A stretch of 64,000 nucleotides of DNA, from contig CAWKKS010000001.1 of NCBI GenBank assembly GCA_963850385.1, positions 207,419-271,418 on the forward strand. The letters are read 5' to 3'. The position numbers were made by a program, and so were the translations under genes. Source of the stretch: Candidatus Dormiibacterota bacterium (GTDB taxonomy: Bacteria; Chloroflexota; Dormibacteria; Aeolococcales; Aeolococcaceae). Under the pieces are notes generated by a model. The model saw nothing but the letters and a program-made list of their open reading frames with translations. It did no database searches and had not been told where the DNA came from. Shown here piece after piece: positions 36,086 through 44,934 of this stretch (within the stretch, counting starts at the first letter, position 1; each line of letters opens with the position of its first letter).

Positions 36086-36631
36086 TCAGTACCCGTACGG
36101 GTTGGACGGGCTGCTTCTGCTCCCTGAGGCACTCGCCGAGGGCGCCGCGGCGCCGCTGGCCGAGACGCTCGACCAGTGGGGGTAGTTGCCGTTGCCATCG
36201 CCGGGCTTGGTGTCTCCCGAGTAGAAGTACAGCGGATGACCGTTGTATGTCACCTGCGTCCCCTTGCCATCGGCGCGCGCGAAGGTGGAGAGCTGGCCGG
36301 TCAGCCCTGACGCTGCGGTCGGCGTTGTCCCCGCGGGAACGGTGAGCGGCGGCCAGGTGCTGATGCACCCGCCAGTGCAGGCGCTGGTGTTGCTGCCCGC
36401 CGTGTCCTGGTCGAACACGTACAGCGTCATGCTGTTGGAGCCACCGACCAGCACTGTCCCGTGGCCGCTGACGGTGGCGGTGGCGACGGTGACGCTGGCG
36501 GTCGCCGCCTGCGTCGGGGTACCGCCCCCGCCTGATGACGTGGTCGGACCCGCGCCGCCGCACCCGGCGATGAGCAGGACGGCGAAGCCGGTGACGCTCG
36601 TGGTGACGGTCGTGATGCGCATCTTCTTCAT
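36086..36631 (-). CDS. Lipoprotein with a secreted repeat of unknown function (Lipoprotein_15/COG4315 type)
   Basis: Signal peptide plus lipobox 'LLIAGC'. 'TLYVFDQD', 'CTGGCISTWPP' and 'GHPLYFYSGD' are also present. Confidence 0.85.
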   Translation of the reverse strand: MKKMRITTVTTSVTGFAVLLIAGCGGAGPTTSSGGGGTPTQAATASVTVATATVSGHGTVLVGGSNSMTLYVFDQDTAGSNTSACTGGCISTWPPLTVPAGTTPTAASGLTGQLSTFARADGKGTQVTYNGHPLYFYSGDTKPGDGNGNYPHWSSVSASGAAAPSASASGSRSSPSNPYGY

Positions 36632-36703
36632 CCTCCTGTGTGACAGCGACAGTGTCCACCCGAATACGTCATGGCACGCAACGTCCGAAGGTCTTAAGAC
36701 GGC

Positions 36704-37333
36704 TCAGCCGACGCCATGCCGCTGTGCCCACAGCGCCGCCTGGGTGCGGTCGGCAACACCGATACGGCCGAAGATGCTGGTCATGTGTGCCTTCACGGTC
36801 TTCTCGCTGATGGCGAGGCGCCAGGCGATCTGCTTGTTGCTGAGGCCATTGGCGACCAGCTTGAGGACATCGATCTCGCGCCCGGTCAACTCCTCGAAGG
36901 GCCGCCTCCCTCGCCGGGCGGTGATCAGCGCCCGTGCCGCGCGTGGCGACAGCGGCGAATCACCGGCCGCGGCCGCGCGCACGGCGCGGAGCAGTTCGTC
37001 GCTCTCCGCGTCCTTGAGGATGTACCCGACCGCGCCGCTGTCGAGAGCCTCCATGACCCGCTCGTGGTCGGCGAACGAGGTGAGCATCACCACCCGCGTC
37101 TCCGGTCGTGCCGACACGAGTCTCCGTGTCGCCTCGATGCCGTCCATCCCAGGCATCGAGATGTCCATCAGCACCACGTCGGGTTGTTCGGCGAGCGCCA
37201 CCGTGAGCGCCTGCTGGCCATCGCCGACAGCCTCCACCACATCGATGCCCGTGTCCTCGCCGAAGAGCTCGCACAGCCCCCGCCGGACCAGGGGATGGTC
37301 GTCGACGATGAGCAGGCGGATCGGTGCCGCCAT
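36704..37333 (-). CDS. NarL/LuxR-family response regulator
   Basis: 'LLIVDDHPLVR', 'DVVLMDISMPGMDG', HTH 'LTGREIDVLKLVANGLSNKQIAWRLAISEKTVKAH'. Its start overlaps the kinase stop (TGATG). Confidence 0.95.
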   Translation of the reverse strand: MAAPIRLLIVDDHPLVRRGLCELFGEDTGIDVVEAVGDGQQALTVALAEQPDVVLMDISMPGMDGIEATRRLVSARPETRVVMLTSFADHERVMEALDSGAVGYILKDAESDELLRAVRAAAAGDSPLSPRAARALITARRGRRPFEELTGREIDVLKLVANGLSNKQIAWRLAISEKTVKAHMTSIFGRIGVADRTQAALWAQRHGVG

Positions 37334-38730
37334 CAGCAGGGCACCTCGACGCAGACGTGGGTCCCGCTGCCCGGCTGCAACTCGACGCGCAGCGAGCCGC
37401 CGGCATCGGCGACGAGGTCACGCAGCAAGCTCAGCCCGACGTGTCCGTCGCGGCGTCGGCTGTCCAGGTCCTCCGCGGTGAAGCCGCGCCCGTCATCGTC
37501 GATCTCGAGGCGCACGTGGTCGCCCCGGTTGAGCACGCGGACCGCGACATGCGTGGCGCCCGCGTGCTTGCCGGCGTTCCGCAGCGCCTCCTGTGCCACC
37601 CTGAAGAGCAGCGTGGTCGTCGCCGGGGTTAGAGCGGTCGCGGCAGGCGCGGTGAGAGTGGTGGTGACGCCGCCCGCCGCGAGCGGCTCAAGCAGGTCGC
37701 GCAAGGCGTTGTCGATGCCCTCGGCATGCAGGTTGGGGGGCGCGATCTCCACGATGAGGGTGCGCAGGTCGCGCATCGCCGCGCGCGTCTCGCCGGCGGC
37801 GTGCTCGACGTCGGGTGCGCTGGCCGCGGGTGTCCCCAGCGCTGCGCTCGACGTGAGTCGGCGAGCCAGCGCGCTCAGCGAGAAGGTCACCGCCGCCAGC
37901 CGCTGCACGACACCGTCGTGGAGGTCGCGAGCGATGCGCCGGCGCTCCTTCTCCGAGGCGGTGATGACCCGTTCGAGAAGCACCTGTCGCTCCGCAAGCG
38001 AGGCGCGCAGACGCCGAACCATCCCGACGGCCAGCGGGATCTGCACCACGAACAGGAGGGCGAGGCCGCCGAGCAGCACGGGCAGGAACGACGACCACAC
38101 CGACTGCTGGTACTGGGTGATGGCCTCGTAGCGCTGGTAGGTCTCGAACAGCACCGGTGTTCCCCCTGGGGTGCGCACCGGCAGGTACACCTGGAGGAGC
38201 TTGCCGAAGCTGCGTTCGTAGAGGTTCTCCGGGTCGGTGAGGTTGGAGACGCTGGCGTCGACGGGACCACCGCTGAAGGACCCGACCTCGGCGCCGTCGA
38301 GCGCGAAGCGGCGACCGATGAGCCTGGGCTCGTCCGAGTAGATGATCGTGCCGTCCGCGGTCCACAGCTTCACCCTGACGACGCCGGCGCTGAGGATGCG
38401 CTGGCGCACGATGGTGTCGAGGGCGCCGATCGCCGCCGGGTCGCGCTTGAGCAGCGAATCGCTCAGCGCGGGCTCGGCGATGCCCGTGGCCTCCACCTGG
38501 GTGATGTCCTTGGCATGGCGGATCGCCTGGTCCTCAGCATCCCGGCTGACCACGAAGAACGTCCCGGTGCCAACCAGGCAGGCGGCGAGCAGGCCACCGG
38601 CGGCGAAGCGCACCACCTCGTTGCCGAGCACCCGGCGCAGGAGCGGGGACCGGCGCGGGCCGGCGCGGGCCGGCGCGGTTGTCCCAGCGGCCGTGCCTGT
38701 CCGACCCTCGTCGACCACGGTCATGGTCAT
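37333..38730 (-). CDS. Sensor histidine kinase (HisKA_3 / NarX-DesK type)
   Basis: Two TM spans, H-box 'ERRRIARDLHDGVVQRL', 'NAGKHA', 'DDGRGF'. Confidence 0.92.
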   Translation of the reverse strand: MTMTVVDEGRTGTAAGTTAPARAGPRRSPLLRRVLGNEVVRFAAGGLLAACLVGTGTFFVVSRDAEDQAIRHAKDITQVEATGIAEPALSDSLLKRDPAAIGALDTIVRQRILSAGVVRVKLWTADGTIIYSDEPRLIGRRFALDGAEVGSFSGGPVDASVSNLTDPENLYERSFGKLLQVYLPVRTPGGTPVLFETYQRYEAITQYQQSVWSSFLPVLLGGLALLFVVQIPLAVGMVRRLRASLAERQVLLERVITASEKERRRIARDLHDGVVQRLAAVTFSLSALARRLTSSAALGTPAASAPDVEHAAGETRAAMRDLRTLIVEIAPPNLHAEGIDNALRDLLEPLAAGGVTTTLTAPAATALTPATTTLLFRVAQEALRNAGKHAGATHVAVRVLNRGDHVRLEIDDDGRGFTAEDLDSRRRDGHVGLSLLRDLVADAGGSLRVELQPGSGTHVCVEVPC

Positions 38731-38785
38731 CGCAGCCTACCTGTTGACCGGCTACGCTGCCGTCCATCGACACCCATCCCGATGA

Positions 38786-39784
38786 ATGCTCGGTCAGATC
38801 CGCGCCGGTGCGGAGCCGTCGATGGTCCTACGACCGGTCGGGATGATCGCCTCGAGCAGCTCGCCACCGCCTCCCTCCGGAGAGCAGGTCGAGCTTCGCC
38901 GTGGCGACCAGCGTGCGGTGATCGTCGAGGTGTCGGGCGGCGTGCGCACGTACCAGGTCCGGGGGCGGAGCCTGCTCGACGGCTACGCGGCGCACGAGAT
39001 GTGCACCGGGGCCCGCGGGCAGTTGCTCGTGCCCTGGCCGAACCGGCTGCGAGACGGGCGCTACGAGTTCGCCGGCACGGTCCACCAGGTCCCCCTGTCG
39101 GAGCCGGAGAAGGGCAACGCCATCCATGGCTTGCTGCGTTGGGAGAGCTGGCGGGTGAGCGCGCCATCCGACGACCGCGTGGTGATGGAGCACACCGTGC
39201 ACCCGCGTGCCGGCTACCCGTTCGCTCTCCACGTGGCGGTGGAGTACAGGCTGGACGACGAGGGGCTGCGAAGCACCGTCACGGCCACCAACGCCGGCCA
39301 GGATGCCTGTCCCTACGGTTTCGGGGCGCACCCCTACCTCCGGGTCGAGGGTGAGTCGCTCGAGCGCTGCTGGTTGGAGGCGCCGGGCGCGCAGTACCTG
39401 GTGATGGACGACCGCGCCATCCCCGTCGGTTCGGCCGGGGTGGCCGGCACCGCCTACGACTTCCGCGCTCGCCGCCAGCTGCTCGGCACCCCCATCGACA
39501 CCGCCTTCACCGCGGTACCGCGCGATGACGACGGCCGTGCCTGGGTGCGCCTGTGGGGCGAGAACGGCCGGGTGGGCGTCGGCCTCTGGATGGACGAGGG
39601 GTTCACGCACTACATGCTGTTCACCGGTGACACCCTCCCCGAGGTCGAGCGGCGGCGTCGCTCGATCGGCGTCGAGCCCATGACCTGCGCGCCCAATGCC
39701 CTCGCCTCCGGCGACGGGCTGGTCACCCTGGCGCCCGGCCAATCGACCACCGCCAGCTGGGGCATCACGCCGCTGCACGGCTGA
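38786..39784 (+). CDS. Aldose 1-epimerase family protein
   Basis: 'LVPWPNRLRDGRY', 'GNAIHGL', 'FGAHPYL'. The start is uncertain (ATG 38786, 38822 or 38843). Confidence 0.85.
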   Translation: MLGQIRAGAEPSMVLRPVGMIASSSSPPPPSGEQVELRRGDQRAVIVEVSGGVRTYQVRGRSLLDGYAAHEMCTGARGQLLVPWPNRLRDGRYEFAGTVHQVPLSEPEKGNAIHGLLRWESWRVSAPSDDRVVMEHTVHPRAGYPFALHVAVEYRLDDEGLRSTVTATNAGQDACPYGFGAHPYLRVEGESLERCWLEAPGAQYLVMDDRAIPVGSAGVAGTAYDFRARRQLLGTPIDTAFTAVPRDDDGRAWVRLWGENGRVGVGLWMDEGFTHYMLFTGDTLPEVERRRRSIGVEPMTCAPNALASGDGLVTLAPGQSTTASWGITPLHG

Positions 39785-41323
39785 TCACGGTCGGGTGGGC
39801 AGCAGCTGCTCGGAGAAGTGGCCGCCGGCAGCGATCTCCTCGAGCAGGGCGCGGTCGGTGAGCCACTCCACCGGGGCGTGGTCGTCGGTCAGCGGGTCGG
39901 TCGCCGGCGCGACGCGGCGCAGCTCGGAGGACAGCAGTGGCACGAGCGCCGCAAGCTCCTGTGGGAGGCGCGTGAGGCGATGGCGCAGCGTGGCCGCCGC
40001 GACCCCGTGGTCGAAGCCCACCACCAGCTCGTTGAAGCTCAGTGCCGGCCATGTCCTGACGTCGGGGAAGACGGTCGCCAGGGTTTCGCTCACGGCCTGG
40101 GCGAGCCGGTCGTCACCGGGCACGCGCGCCATGTTGAACGCGATCGCGCCGCCGCTGTTGAGGTGGGCCCGGGCCAGATCGAAGAACTCCTGCGTCACCA
40201 ACCAGAACGGGACGTACGCCTGCTGGTAGGCGTCGACGACGATGAGGTCGTAGCGCGTGGCGGTGGTGGCGAGGAAGGCACGGCCGTCGCCGTCGACGAC
40301 GCGCAGCCCCGGGACCTGTCCCATGCCCATCAGCTGTCGTCCCACGTCGCTGACCGCCGGGTCGGGCTCGACGCCGTCGATGCGCACGCCCGGGTACTCC
40401 TGCGCGAGAGCCCTGGCCATGGTGCCACCGGCGTTTCCGATGATCAGCGCGCGTCGCATGGGTCGGTCGAGCAGCGCTGGAACCACCAGCGGCATGTCCC
40501 ACTCGCCGCCGGTCAGGACCGTGGTCGGCCGGTAGACCGACTGGTCGGCGATGCCGTCATCGAGGCGCAGCGCGGTGCGACCGTCCGCGGTCCGCACCAC
40601 CTGGACGTACTGGTACTGCGTCTCGCGCTCGAAGATGGCACCGGTGGCCGGTTTCACAGCGCCCGGCGGCACCAGCAGCAGGCCGGCGACGACCGCGCAC
40701 ACGATCGGCGCTCGCCGGGGCAGCAGCGGGACGGCGGCGAAGCTCACCAGCAGCGCTGCGCAGAGCAGGGTGCGCTGCGTGCCCACGGCGGGGATCAGCA
40801 CCAGCGCGGGCAGGAACGTCCCGACGATGGCGCCGACGGTGGTCAGGGACGACAGCCGTCCGCTGACCGAGCCGGCCGTGCGCACGTCCCTCACCGCCAG
40901 GCGAACGGCGAACGGGGACACCATGCCGAGCAACGACACCGGGACGCTGAAGAGCAGCAGCGTGGCGAAGAAGGATCCGGCGACCACCCCGATGCTCAGC
41001 GCACCGAAGCCGCGCAGAGCCAGCTGGAGGAACGGGTGGGCCACGAAGGGCAAGACGCCGATGGCCGCGCTCGCCACCAGCAACAGCCAGCCGAGGACGC
41101 GTGGTTGCGGATGTCGGTCGGCGAACCGACCGCCCAGCCAGTAGCCCACCGACAGGTACACCAGGATGAGCCCGATCACGTTGGCCCACACCACGGTGGT
41201 GTTGCCGAAATATGGCGCCAGCAGGCGCGATGCGCAGATCTCCGTCGCCAGCGAGCCCGACCCGGCGGCGAAGACCACGAAGGACAGAAGTCGTGGAACC
41301 GGCGTCAGCCGTCCGTCGCCCAC
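39785..41323 (-). CDS. Fused multi-TM (MFS-like) / spermidine-synthase-like aminopropyltransferase
   Basis: ~7-8 N-terminal TM spans, then 'ALIIGNAGGTMARAL', 'VEPDPAV' and 'DLIVVDAY'. GTG start. Confidence 0.85.
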   Translation of the reverse strand: MGDGRLTPVPRLLSFVVFAAGSGSLATEICASRLLAPYFGNTTVVWANVIGLILVYLSVGYWLGGRFADRHPQPRVLGWLLLVASAAIGVLPFVAHPFLQLALRGFGALSIGVVAGSFFATLLLFSVPVSLLGMVSPFAVRLAVRDVRTAGSVSGRLSSLTTVGAIVGTFLPALVLIPAVGTQRTLLCAALLVSFAAVPLLPRRAPIVCAVVAGLLLVPPGAVKPATGAIFERETQYQYVQVVRTADGRTALRLDDGIADQSVYRPTTVLTGGEWDMPLVVPALLDRPMRRALIIGNAGGTMARALAQEYPGVRIDGVEPDPAVSDVGRQLMGMGQVPGLRVVDGDGRAFLATTATRYDLIVVDAYQQAYVPFWLVTQEFFDLARAHLNSGGAIAFNMARVPGDDRLAQAVSETLATVFPDVRTWPALSFNELVVGFDHGVAAATLRHRLTRLPQELAALVPLLSSELRRVAPATDPLTDDHAPVEWLTDRALLEEIAAGGHFSEQLLPTRP

Positions 41324-42108
41324 GCTCGCATGACCTCCGCAAGGCCGTCCCTGTAGTCGCCGACGCGCGGCCGCCAGCCGGGGAGCCGCGGGCTCGGCGG
41401 GCCGGACACCGCCATCTCCACCATCTCCAGGTGCGGTTCACCGATCACCAGCCTGGCCAGCCGGCGCGACGCGCGAGGCAGGTGCAGCGGCCGTGAGCGG
41501 CCCACCAGGTGGGCGAAGCGGTCCATGAAGTCGGCGAAGGAAACGGGTGTCCCGTCGCTGGCGTAGGTGATGCGTCCGCCGGGCCGGCGCTGGGCGGCGG
41601 TGAGCAGGGCACGGGCCGCGTCATCGCCGTAGAGAAGGTGCTGCAGGTTCTGCCGTGGGCCGGCCCAATAGGGCCGACCCACGCGGAACGCACGCCGGTA
41701 GGCGCGCAGGTCGCGCCACTGCGGGCCGTACAGGTAGCCGAGGCGCACCACGCAGGCACGGACATCGCTGTCGAGCACCAGCTGCTCCGCCTGGCGCGCC
41801 GCCTCCACCACCGGCCGCATTCGATCACCGATCGTGCAGCCAGTGTCGGCGGCGTCCAGGAAGGCGTAGCTGGCGTGGACCAGGAACGCAGCCTGGTCGC
41901 GCTGCGCAGCGGACAGCACTCGCCGGGTCGAGGCGAGGATGTGCGTCGCAGGGTCGTTCCACCATGCGTGGCCGTCGTGAAGAAGGGTGTTGGGCGGCTG
42001 CAGCGCGACGTTGATGATCACCGGCGCGCCGCGGTCGTCTTCGCCCCCCCGCACCGCGGCGATGCTCCGAGCCAGCTCGCTGCGCGGCGCGGTCACCAGC
42101 AAACGCAT
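41305..42108 (-). CDS. Atypical NAD(P)-binding epimerase/dehydratase-like protein with a degenerate Gly-rich loop
   Basis: ATG 42108 is preceded by GAGGAGAGG. The overall fold resembles an extended SDR ('VHASYAFL', 'VVRLGYLYGP'), but the N-terminus is 'MRLLVTAPRSELARSI' rather than GxxGxxG. Confidence 0.6.
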   Translation of the reverse strand: MRLLVTAPRSELARSIAAVRGGEDDRGAPVIINVALQPPNTLLHDGHAWWNDPATHILASTRRVLSAAQRDQAAFLVHASYAFLDAADTGCTIGDRMRPVVEAARQAEQLVLDSDVRACVVRLGYLYGPQWRDLRAYRRAFRVGRPYWAGPRQNLQHLLYGDDAARALLTAAQRRPGGRITYASDGTPVSFADFMDRFAHLVGRSRPLHLPRASRRLARLVIGEPHLEMVEMAVSGPPSPRLPGWRPRVGDYRDGLAEVMRAWATDG

Positions 42109-42182
42109 CGCCTCTCCTCGCCCAGATGGCCGCCCGTTGCGGGGGATCGCAGTCTAGGCGCTGCGACGGGCGCCGGTCGGCC

Positions 42183-42950
42183 CTAGTCCGCCTGCTCGGT
42201 GGGCCGCACCAGCATCTCGTTGATGGCGACATGGCGCGGTCGCGTCACCATGAACAGCACGGCCCCGGCGATGTCCTCCGCTTCCAGTCGCTGCACCGAC
42301 CCGAAGCGTCGCTGCATGGTGGCGACCACCTCAGGATCGGTGTTGTGCGAGGCCAGCTCGGTGTCGACCGCACCTGGCTCGACCAGCCCGACGCGCACGT
42401 GGCGCCCGGTGACCTCCTGGCGCAGCAACTCGCTGAAGGCGTTGACCGCCCACTTGCTGGCGTTGTATGCGCCGCTGCCGACGCGGGCCACGCGCCCCGC
42501 GACACTGCTGACGTTGACGATGTCGGCGCACATCCGCGGTGCGGTCGCGGCTGCCTTCAGAAGGTGCGGCAGGGCCGCGTGTGAGAGGTTCATCAGCGCC
42601 GCCACGTTGAGGTCGAGCATCTGCCGCCACTGCCGGACATCTGCACCCTCGACCCTGCCGAGCAGCATCACGCCGGCGTTGTTGATGAGCATGTCCAGGC
42701 GTCCCAGCTCGTCAACCGCGCGGGCGACGAGCCGCTCCGCCTGGGCCTCGTCGCTGACATCGCACTCGGCCACGACCGCCGTGCCGCCGGCGCCCTCGAT
42801 GCGCGCCGACAGCGCCTCGAGGCGATCGCGCCGGCGGGCGGCCACCACGACGCGCGCACCGAGCTGGGCAAGGGCCGCGGCCGTGGCCTCACCGATGCCG
42901 CTCGACGCGCCGGTGACGATTGCGACGGTGCCGTCAAGTGGCCTGGGCAT
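42183..42950 (-). CDS. Short-chain dehydrogenase/reductase
   Basis: 'AIVTGASSGIG', 'NNAG', 'YNASKWAV'. GGAG lies 5 nt upstream of the ATG. Confidence 0.93.
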   Translation of the reverse strand: MPRPLDGTVAIVTGASSGIGEATAAALAQLGARVVVAARRRDRLEALSARIEGAGGTAVVAECDVSDEAQAERLVARAVDELGRLDMLINNAGVMLLGRVEGADVRQWRQMLDLNVAALMNLSHAALPHLLKAAATAPRMCADIVNVSSVAGRVARVGSGAYNASKWAVNAFSELLRQEVTGRHVRVGLVEPGAVDTELASHNTDPEVVATMQRRFGSVQRLEAEDIAGAVLFMVTRPRHVAINEMLVRPTEQAD

Positions 42951-43039
42951 GTCAGCTCCGGAACTGGTGACGGTCTGTGGCGCGCCCGCGCGGTGGGCTC
43001 GACGTGCGGACGGTCACCGGGGCCGTACGGATGATGCGA

Positions 43040-43116
43040 TGGTGCCCGCTCAGGGATTCGAACCCTGGACCTTGGGATTAAGAGTTCCCTGCTCTAGCCA
43101 GCTGAGCTAAGCGGGC
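43040..43116 (-). tRNA. tRNA-Lys(CUU): tRNA-Lys, anticodon CUU, CCA encoded
   Basis: Hand-folded from the reverse complement: GCCCGCT-TA-GCTC-AGCTGGCTA-GAGC-A-GGGAA-CTCTTAA-TCCCA-AGGTC-CAGGG-TTCGAAT-CCCTG-AGCGGGC-A-CCA. The acceptor, D and T arms are perfect. The anticodon stem is irregular (see findings). Confidence 0.9.
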
Positions 43117-43128
43117 GAGGTGCGGATT

Positions 43129-43914
43129 CTACCGGCCGGGCGTCGCCTGGCCAGCGCGCCGCGGTCCGACGCCCTTCCCCACCCGTCCCGTCCGACGCTG
43201 CTGGGGCAGCCAGATCATCGAGCGCTGCTGCTGCGCGAGCCGCGCTCGCAGCCCCGGTGAGGGCGTGGCGCCACCGAAGCGGGGCGATGTGGTGCGCAGC
43301 TCGAGCGACTTGCGCAGGCCGCTGGCGTCGTTCCCTTCGAAGACGGTCACGATGCGCCCGAGGTCGGTGGCGCCGAAATGGCTGTCGCCGGCACCCAGCG
43401 CGGCCCCGAGCTGGTCGCGATGGGCCGCGTAGTACTCGTCGAGGCGCTTCCACGTCCCCGGCAGCACAGGTGCGGTGTGGCGCAGCTCGATGCCGTCGAC
43501 CGAGCGCGTCTCGAGCAGCGTGTGGAGGCGGCGCTGAGACATCGAGGCGAAGTAGGTGGGCATGAACGGGTGGGCCACGATCGCCAGGCCACCCTGGTCG
43601 TGGATGGCGTCGACGGTGTCCTCGACGGACATGTGCATGCGGATCTGCTGCTGCAGGAACAGCCCGATGATGTGTGTCCCAGGGGGGAAGACGCAGGTGA
43701 TCTCCTCGCCACGCACCACGTCCACGCCGAGCTCGGCGCCGACGTCGATCGCCTCGGCGAGCTCGGGGATCACGTCGTGGTCGGTGACACACACGACGCG
43801 CAGACCTACCCCGGCCGCTGCACGCACAAGCTCGACCGCGGTGACCATGCCATCGCTGGCCCGCGTGTGCGCGTGCACCTCCGCGGTCGACAGTCCCCGG
43901 GGAAGCTCAGGCAA
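43129..43914 (-). CDS. PHP-domain metal-dependent phosphoesterase
   Basis: 'AEVHAHTRASDG', 'VCVTDHD', 'IVAHPF', 'GDSH'. The start is uncertain: TTG 43914 overlaps the PAP2 stop, and the ORF maximum is GTG 43965. Confidence 0.8.
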   Translation of the reverse strand: MPELPRGLSTAEVHAHTRASDGMVTAVELVRAAAGVGLRVVCVTDHDVIPELAEAIDVGAELGVDVVRGEEITCVFPPGTHIIGLFLQQQIRMHMSVEDTVDAIHDQGGLAIVAHPFMPTYFASMSQRRLHTLLETRSVDGIELRHTAPVLPGTWKRLDEYYAAHRDQLGAALGAGDSHFGATDLGRIVTVFEGNDASGLRKSLELRTTSPRFGGATPSPGLRARLAQQQRSMIWLPQQRRTGRVGKGVGPRRAGQATPGR

Positions 43915-44923
43915 CCACCGACTCCGTCGGGCGCGCCGGGGAGGAGACGTGGCGCTGCAACACACCGACCCGGGGCACGGCGATCCGCATCATCACCAGC
44001 CACGACAGCGCGGCAAGGACGACCCCGGCGATGACGTCGATGACGTAGTGCTCCCCCAGGAACACCACGCTGAACCAGACCATCAGGCACCAGGCGAACG
44101 CGAACCAGGCACCGCGCGGGTACACGCGCAGCAACGCGAGGAAGCCGAGGAACGGGAAGGCGGCATGCAGCGAGGGGAAGGCAGCGACCGGGTTGGGGTT
44201 GAGGTTCTGGTAGTACGGGGAGACGGAGCTCGGCAGGGTGGTGCCGATGATCTTCTGAAAGCCGCTCAGCACGCCGTGTGTCTGCGCGTACCACGGCGGC
44301 GCCGTCGGCACCAGCAGGAAGACCACGAAGGCCACCAGCGCCATGCCCATGAGCGCGGTGGTGAAACGCACGAACTGCACGCGGTCGACGAGCCACAGCA
44401 CCATCCCCACCGCGAGGGGGAAGACGAAGTGGCAGAAGTACACCACCGTGGCCCCGTACGACAGCACACGACCGAGCGCGCCGACGTTCAATGCCTGCTG
44501 CAGCACCGCGGTGGGGAGGTGACCGCCGAACAATCCGGTTTCGAGGTGCGCGAGATCGGACACGTGCGGTGCGAACCCGGTCCTCGAGGCGATCCCGCGC
44601 ATCGCCTCCCAGCCGAGGAAGATGACCACGAACGGAACCCAGTCGCGCAGGAAGCCGATGAACCGCCCACTCAGCAGCGCCACGGGGATGAGCAGGAAGA
44701 GCAGGTAGTCCGGCGAGACGGAGATGCCCCGCCAGATCATGATGGCCGCCGCCACCAGCAGGTAGGCAAGCGAGATCGCGACGAGCGGGCCGGGGCGGCG
44801 GGCGTTGCGGAGCACCTGCGACACGACGCCGGCAAGTCTAGCCGTCGGCGCCGCCCTTCCCTGCTGTGTTGAGAAGTCGCTGAGAAGCGCGGTCAGCGGC
44901 TGGCCGGCGACAGATCCGCTCAT
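43907..44923 (-). CDS. PAP2-superfamily membrane protein (PAP2_3 / Aur1-Ipt1-like)
   Basis: ~8 TM spans. 'FPSLHAAFPF' and 'FLGEHYVIDVIAG' are the PAP2 C2/C3-type motifs. Confidence 0.8.
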   Translation of the reverse strand: MSGSVAGQPLTALLSDFSTQQGRAAPTARLAGVVSQVLRNARRPGPLVAISLAYLLVAAAIMIWRGISVSPDYLLFLLIPVALLSGRFIGFLRDWVPFVVIFLGWEAMRGIASRTGFAPHVSDLAHLETGLFGGHLPTAVLQQALNVGALGRVLSYGATVVYFCHFVFPLAVGMVLWLVDRVQFVRFTTALMGMALVAFVVFLLVPTAPPWYAQTHGVLSGFQKIIGTTLPSSVSPYYQNLNPNPVAAFPSLHAAFPFLGFLALLRVYPRGAWFAFAWCLMVWFSVVFLGEHYVIDVIAGVVLAALSWLVMMRIAVPRVGVLQRHVSSPARPTESVVA

Positions 44924-44928
44924 ATACT
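44923..44928 (+). promoter_or_regulatory. -10-like TATACT placed 6 nt before ATG 44935 (candidate leaderless transcript of the response regulator)
   Basis: The divergent PAP2 start (44923) and regulator start (44935) are only 11 bp apart. There is no room for an SD, and the TATACT spacing would put the transcription start on the A of the ATG. Confidence 0.35.
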
Positions 44929-44934
44929 CCGAAC

